DNA of 64,000 nucleotides, taken from positions 3,832-67,831 of IMG/VR virus record IMGVR_UViG_3300048896_000095, one strand, 5' to 3'. This stretch comes from a virus (lineage: Duplodnaviria > Caudoviricetes). The notes under the pieces are model-generated. The model saw only the letters and a list, made by a program, of their open reading frames with translations, did not search any database and was not told where the DNA came from. Positions 60,565 through 64,000 of the stretch are shown in pieces. A program made the position numbers and the translations under genes. How positions within the stretch are numbered: the stretch's first letter is position 1; every line of letters begins with the position of its first letter.

Positions 60565-63500
60565 TCACTCGATCAATTCTTCGAGCGGCACCCCGCCGTA
60601 CTCCGTAACCCCGCGTTTCTTCAGCTTTTCGATAAACGCCGTTTTCGCTCCGTTCACGAACACTTTGCGGATAACGGCCGGGGCGATTGCCCGGCGCACC
60701 ATGGTCTCGTTGGAGCTGCTCAAACTGTCGGCGCCCATGTGTTCCAGGTCGCTCAAACGCATGCGCGATCCGGCATTGCTCTTGCCAGCCTTGCCGTACT
60801 GATCGGCGTTGAAGGCGTACATGTCGAACCGCCCGAGCTCGCTCGGATCAATCTCCACCGCGCCGCTGCCGGAAGTCGCACCAGCGCCCTTGGCCAACCG
60901 CGTGAACACACTGTCCGCGCCGCCCGTGCTGAAGTCGGTGTCCGTGCTCATGCCGCGAAAGACGAGCCCACGTTGGAAGCGCTCACGGCTCGACAGCAGG
61001 CCGGCCTCCTCGTTTGCGAGCATCAGCTCCAGCACTTCATCCGATCCGCTCACGTTGTGCTTCAGGTGCGTGACGCCCGTAGCTCGATACCGCTCGGCGA
61101 GCTTTTCGGAATAAAGCGCGTAGTGCCCCGGCGCTACTTCGCGCAGCGTCGCGGTGTCCTTGATCTCTTTCAGCCTCGGATCGCGCTTCACCGCCTGGTC
61201 CCAAACTTTGGCCACGGCTTCGGGCGTGCGCTCCTTCAGCTGCCCAAGCTGCAGCGCGCCGATCTTGTCGGCTATCGCCAGCGTCTTGGCTTGCTTGTAC
61301 GCCTCTAGCGATGCGGGCTTCGGCGGGCTCGTGTCGATGCCTAGGGAGCTCGCAACCTCTTGCAGCTTCTTCCAGCGCGCGCCGGGTTCCTTCGGCTCTT
61401 CGAACCGCACCTCCATCAGGTTCTTCAGCGCCGGGTGCGTGCTGCTGTCCGTGCTGTGGAAATAGTGCACGTCGGCGTTCTTGACGGTCGCCTTGTACAT
61501 GTCAACGCCGGGCGCCTTGCCTTGGAGCTCGCCGTGCGTGCTAGCGAATTCCAGCTGTGGGTTGTCCAGGCCCTTCAGCTTCGGATAGCCCGGGAAGTTG
61601 TCCTTGCGCGCCTTGTGCCCTGCGAGCTCGCTCAGCACTTCGCCAGCGTGCTCGTCATTCACACGAAAGCGCACCACCGTTTCCCGCACGCCCTGCCGGA
61701 TCTCGGTCGTGAAGTTGATCAGGAAGTCCTCGACGAAATCGGCGTCGGCTGCCACCGAAACGCCCGAGCGCGAAGGCTTCGCCAACCCTCGGTCGACTGC
61801 AGGCCCCTGCGCCACGAGCTCCACCGCGGGCCGCGCCGGCGGCTTCCACTTGTCGCTCCATCGCATCTTCACCGGCTTGCCGCGCTCTGCGATTGCCAGC
61901 GCGTTGGCCTCGGCTTGCTTCGCTGCAGCCTCCACCGCGGCTTGGGCCTTGTGCAGCTGAAGAGCGCTCGAAACCTGCAGCGCGTACGGTGCGCCCTCCT
62001 CGGGCGTCGCAAAGGTCTTTGCCTCAAAGCCTTTCAGGTGAGCCGGCGGGGTCACCATCACCGATCCCGCCGTGGGGCCCGGCTTCATGTAGGCGAGCTT
62101 CTGCCCCGTCGTCGCGTCGTGAATGTCGATGTAGCCCGACACCGTTTTGAATTCGAGCGGCGGCAGCTTCGGCGCCGGCGCAGCAGGCGGCGGTACCGGC
62201 GCCGGCGGCGCTTTCTTCTTCTTGTCGAACGCGCCGAATTCGCCATCGGGCAGAAGCTTCTTGGCCGTCGCGAGCGCCTGACCGTGCACGCTCTTATAGG
62301 CCGTCTGCACCCCGGCCTGTTTCTGCACCTCGGCAAAAAGCGCAGGCTGGTTTTTTGCCATCTGCTTCAGCGCGTTCACGAGGTAACCGGCCTCGTGCGG
62401 ATCGGCCTCGGCTTCCCCGAGCAGCTTCTGCACTGCGCCCGTCGCCCGCACCTTCAGCTTCGCCGCGCGCGCCGCTTCGAGCTCGGCGGCTTTCTCTTGG
62501 GCCTTGGCCTGGATCGCCGCCTTGTACGCTTCGGCCTTCGCCTTCAACACCTCCGGATCCACGCCGCCCTTGGTGTGCTTTGACAGCTGCGCCGCCTGCG
62601 CCCGAGCGATCACCTTTTGGTCCACGAGCTTCACGCTGCCGAGCTTCTGCTTTGCTTCGAGCTGCGCGGCCGCTGCGGCGGCTTTTGCTGCGGCAAATTG
62701 CTTGGCCGCGTCCGTCGATTCGCTGTGCTCGACTGCCTGTGCCTTCAGCTTCTCGACCAGCGCCACCACCCGAGCCCTGGACGCTTGGACAACATTTTGC
62801 CCCTGGCTCGCCGGGGCGGGTCCAGGTTCGGCCGCCACCTGCGCCTTCGCCTGCTCTTCCGGCGGGGCGGGCGCCGTCGCCGGGAGCTCGGTCCAAACCG
62901 GACGCCACGGGATCACGGTCTCGCGGTCGTTCGGGCGCGCCGGCGGGTGCAAGTACTCACGGCCCGCTCCATCGTGGAAAAGCCCGGAGACTGGCCGGAT
63001 CTGCCCGTGTACGTAGATCGAATCGGGCGCCGTCCTTTGGTCGAAATGCGCCAGGATCTTCTTCTGCATGTCGGGAAAGTCGGTCACCTTCGCCGTGCTG
63101 ATCGTGGCCTGGTTCGCGGCGTTGTAGGCGTAGGCCGTCTCGGTGCGGACGATCCGCTCGGCCCAGTACCGCCGGGTGACGTAGCCGGCTGGCTTGGGGA
63201 AGTAGCCCGGCTCGGCCTGGTTTAGCTTCGCCGCGTTGATCCCGCCGAGCTCGCCGGTCTGCACGAGCTTCGAAATCACTTGGTGCTGCGTCATGCCTTC
63301 GAGCGCGCCCACTCGCATCACCCGCTCGAAGTCGCCGATCATGGCCGTGGAGTAGCGGGCCACGCTGGCCTGATTCTGCCGCAGCAGCGAGCTTGATAGC
63401 CCCCGGACGATGCTGTCCTGCATCGCCTGGCTTTCCAGCTGAAGGGGGCGGCTTATGCCAGTGAAGCGCTTCTCGAGCTTCGCCAGGAGCTTCACGGTCG

Positions 63501-63786
63501 TGGCCGTCCCGCTGGCCACGGCTTTCATAGCCTGGGCGTGGGTGTGACCGGCTAGCCGTTGATCTAGGTATTTCTGCGTTAGCCGGATTTGCTGGCGGTA
63601 GGCGAGCGCCTGCGCATCAGAGAATTTTAGGTCTTTGGTCCCTGTCTTCTTCACCAGGCCGTGAAGGCGTTTGGACAGGTCGGCGTCGGCTTCCTTCAGG
63701 ATGCCGAGCGTGTTTCCCATGCCGGACGCAAAAAGGCGGTTGGCGCGGTCTAGCGTCGCCTCCACCGTTTCGTTGGTGTCGGGCAT
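60565..63786 (-). CDS. MuF (SPP1 gp7-like) head morphogenesis protein with a C-terminal ADP-ribosyltransferase-like domain
   Basis: MuF core WAERIVRTETAYAYN...DQRT...HGQ...HPPARPNDRE; Ala/Lys/Pro linker; C-terminal HLKHNV, GLLS..ER, ADSVFTR, NETMVRRAIAPAVIRKVFV. Confidence 0.85.
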   Translation of the reverse strand: MPDTNETVEATLDRANRLFASGMGNTLGILKEADADLSKRLHGLVKKTGTKDLKFSDAQALAYRQQIRLTQKYLDQRLAGHTHAQAMKAVASGTATTVKLLAKLEKRFTGISRPLQLESQAMQDSIVRGLSSSLLRQNQASVARYSTAMIGDFERVMRVGALEGMTQHQVISKLVQTGELGGINAAKLNQAEPGYFPKPAGYVTRRYWAERIVRTETAYAYNAANQATISTAKVTDFPDMQKKILAHFDQRTAPDSIYVHGQIRPVSGLFHDGAGREYLHPPARPNDRETVIPWRPVWTELPATAPAPPEEQAKAQVAAEPGPAPASQGQNVVQASRARVVALVEKLKAQAVEHSESTDAAKQFAAAKAAAAAAQLEAKQKLGSVKLVDQKVIARAQAAQLSKHTKGGVDPEVLKAKAEAYKAAIQAKAQEKAAELEAARAAKLKVRATGAVQKLLGEAEADPHEAGYLVNALKQMAKNQPALFAEVQKQAGVQTAYKSVHGQALATAKKLLPDGEFGAFDKKKKAPPAPVPPPAAPAPKLPPLEFKTVSGYIDIHDATTGQKLAYMKPGPTAGSVMVTPPAHLKGFEAKTFATPEEGAPYALQVSSALQLHKAQAAVEAAAKQAEANALAIAERGKPVKMRWSDKWKPPARPAVELVAQGPAVDRGLAKPSRSGVSVAADADFVEDFLINFTTEIRQGVRETVVRFRVNDEHAGEVLSELAGHKARKDNFPGYPKLKGLDNPQLEFASTHGELQGKAPGVDMYKATVKNADVHYFHSTDSSTHPALKNLMEVRFEEPKEPGARWKKLQEVASSLGIDTSPPKPASLEAYKQAKTLAIADKIGALQLGQLKERTPEAVAKVWDQAVKRDPRLKEIKDTATLREVAPGHYALYSEKLAERYRATGVTHLKHNVSGSDEVLELMLANEEAGLLSSRERFQRGLVFRGMSTDTDFSTGGADSVFTRLAKGAGATSGSGAVEIDPSELGRFDMYAFNADQYGKAGKSNAGSRMRLSDLEHMGADSLSSSNETMVRRAIAPAVIRKVFVNGAKTAFIEKLKKRGVTEYGGVPLEELIE

Positions 63787-63804
63787 TTGGTCTCGGGCCC
63801 GAGT

Positions 63805-63981
63805 CTACCGACTTGGGCTGCCGGCGCGAAGCTTGCGCCTGCTCGGCTTCTGCTTTCGGCGGCAGCGGTAGCAGAAACGGCCGTCGGCTTTCCGCTCGCC
63901 GTTTACGGGGGTCAGCGTGCGCTGCCAGTCGCCCTGCCTGACCCGTTGACCGCAGCCACCCTCGCAGGCCTTCAGGCTCAC
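63805..63981 (-). CDS. 58-aa Zn-finger protein (not in track)
   Basis: GTG 63981 in GTGA overlap: MSLKACEGGCG...FCYRCRRKQKP... Confidence 0.55.
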   Translation of the reverse strand: MSLKACEGGCGQRVRQGDWQRTLTPVNGERKADGRFCYRCRRKQKPSRRKLRAGSPSR

Positions 63982-64000
63982 GCTCCGCCCTCCGGCGTCT
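63978..64000 (-). CDS. 3' end of an upstream gene (...TPEGGA*), probably portal
   Basis: Only 7 codons visible. The identity is inferred from usual terL-portal-MuF gene order. Confidence 0.3.

Noticed and set aside
71-63871. Numerous long + strand ORFs (e.g. 6458..7972, 17458..18600, 36014..37321, 40886..42511)
   Set aside because: They are antisense shadows of well-supported - strand genes in high-GC DNA: Arg/Ala/His-rich translations with no family motifs. Only 22701..22907 has independent support.

Overview
This window is a GC-rich tailed phage or prophage with a contractile (myovirus-type) tail. Almost every gene is on the - strand; the many long + strand ORFs in the track are antisense shadows. 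Reading right to left in transcription order: end of an upstream gene (probably portal), small Zn-finger, 1073-aa MuF head protein with a C-terminal ADP-ribosyltransferase-like domain, then about 10 kb of non-structural genes (Lar-like, membrane-anchored lytic transglycosylase, LexA-type HTH, Zn fingers, DarG/TARG1-like macrodomain, Cys-rich lipoprotein). Next come decoration/scaffold/major capsid, neck, sheath, tube, tail chaperone with a -1 frameshift, tape measure and baseplate, then a lysis cassette containing a stand-alone receiver domain, and a ParB-DNA methylase. A divergent control region (22.5-22.9 kb) holds the only convincing + strand gene. The early operon follows (DUF6744/DUF3150-like, XRE HTH, RavA-like AAA+, ViaA-like vWA, PD-(D/E)XK exonuclease, Sak4-like ATPase, SSB, initiator, DnaA-domain-IV-like, RuvC-like, TerS-like, MT-A70 methylase, J-domain, ASCH-like), then virion-like accessory genes (GH16, 17-repeat protein) and the terminase large subunit, truncated at the left edge. 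No integrase, tRNA, CRISPR array or reverse transcriptase was seen. The host is probably Myxococcota (inferred from the Cys-rich lipoprotein). Best leads: (1) a virion-delivered DarT-like ART fused to MuF, paired with a phage DarG-like eraser; (2) a repeated hairpin + GCAGGAAGG start-associated element, with covariation, ahead of non-structural genes; (3) a receiver domain inside the lysis cassette; (4) a RavA-ViaA-like module beside the recombination genes. All family names come from motif recognition by eye; no database search was run.
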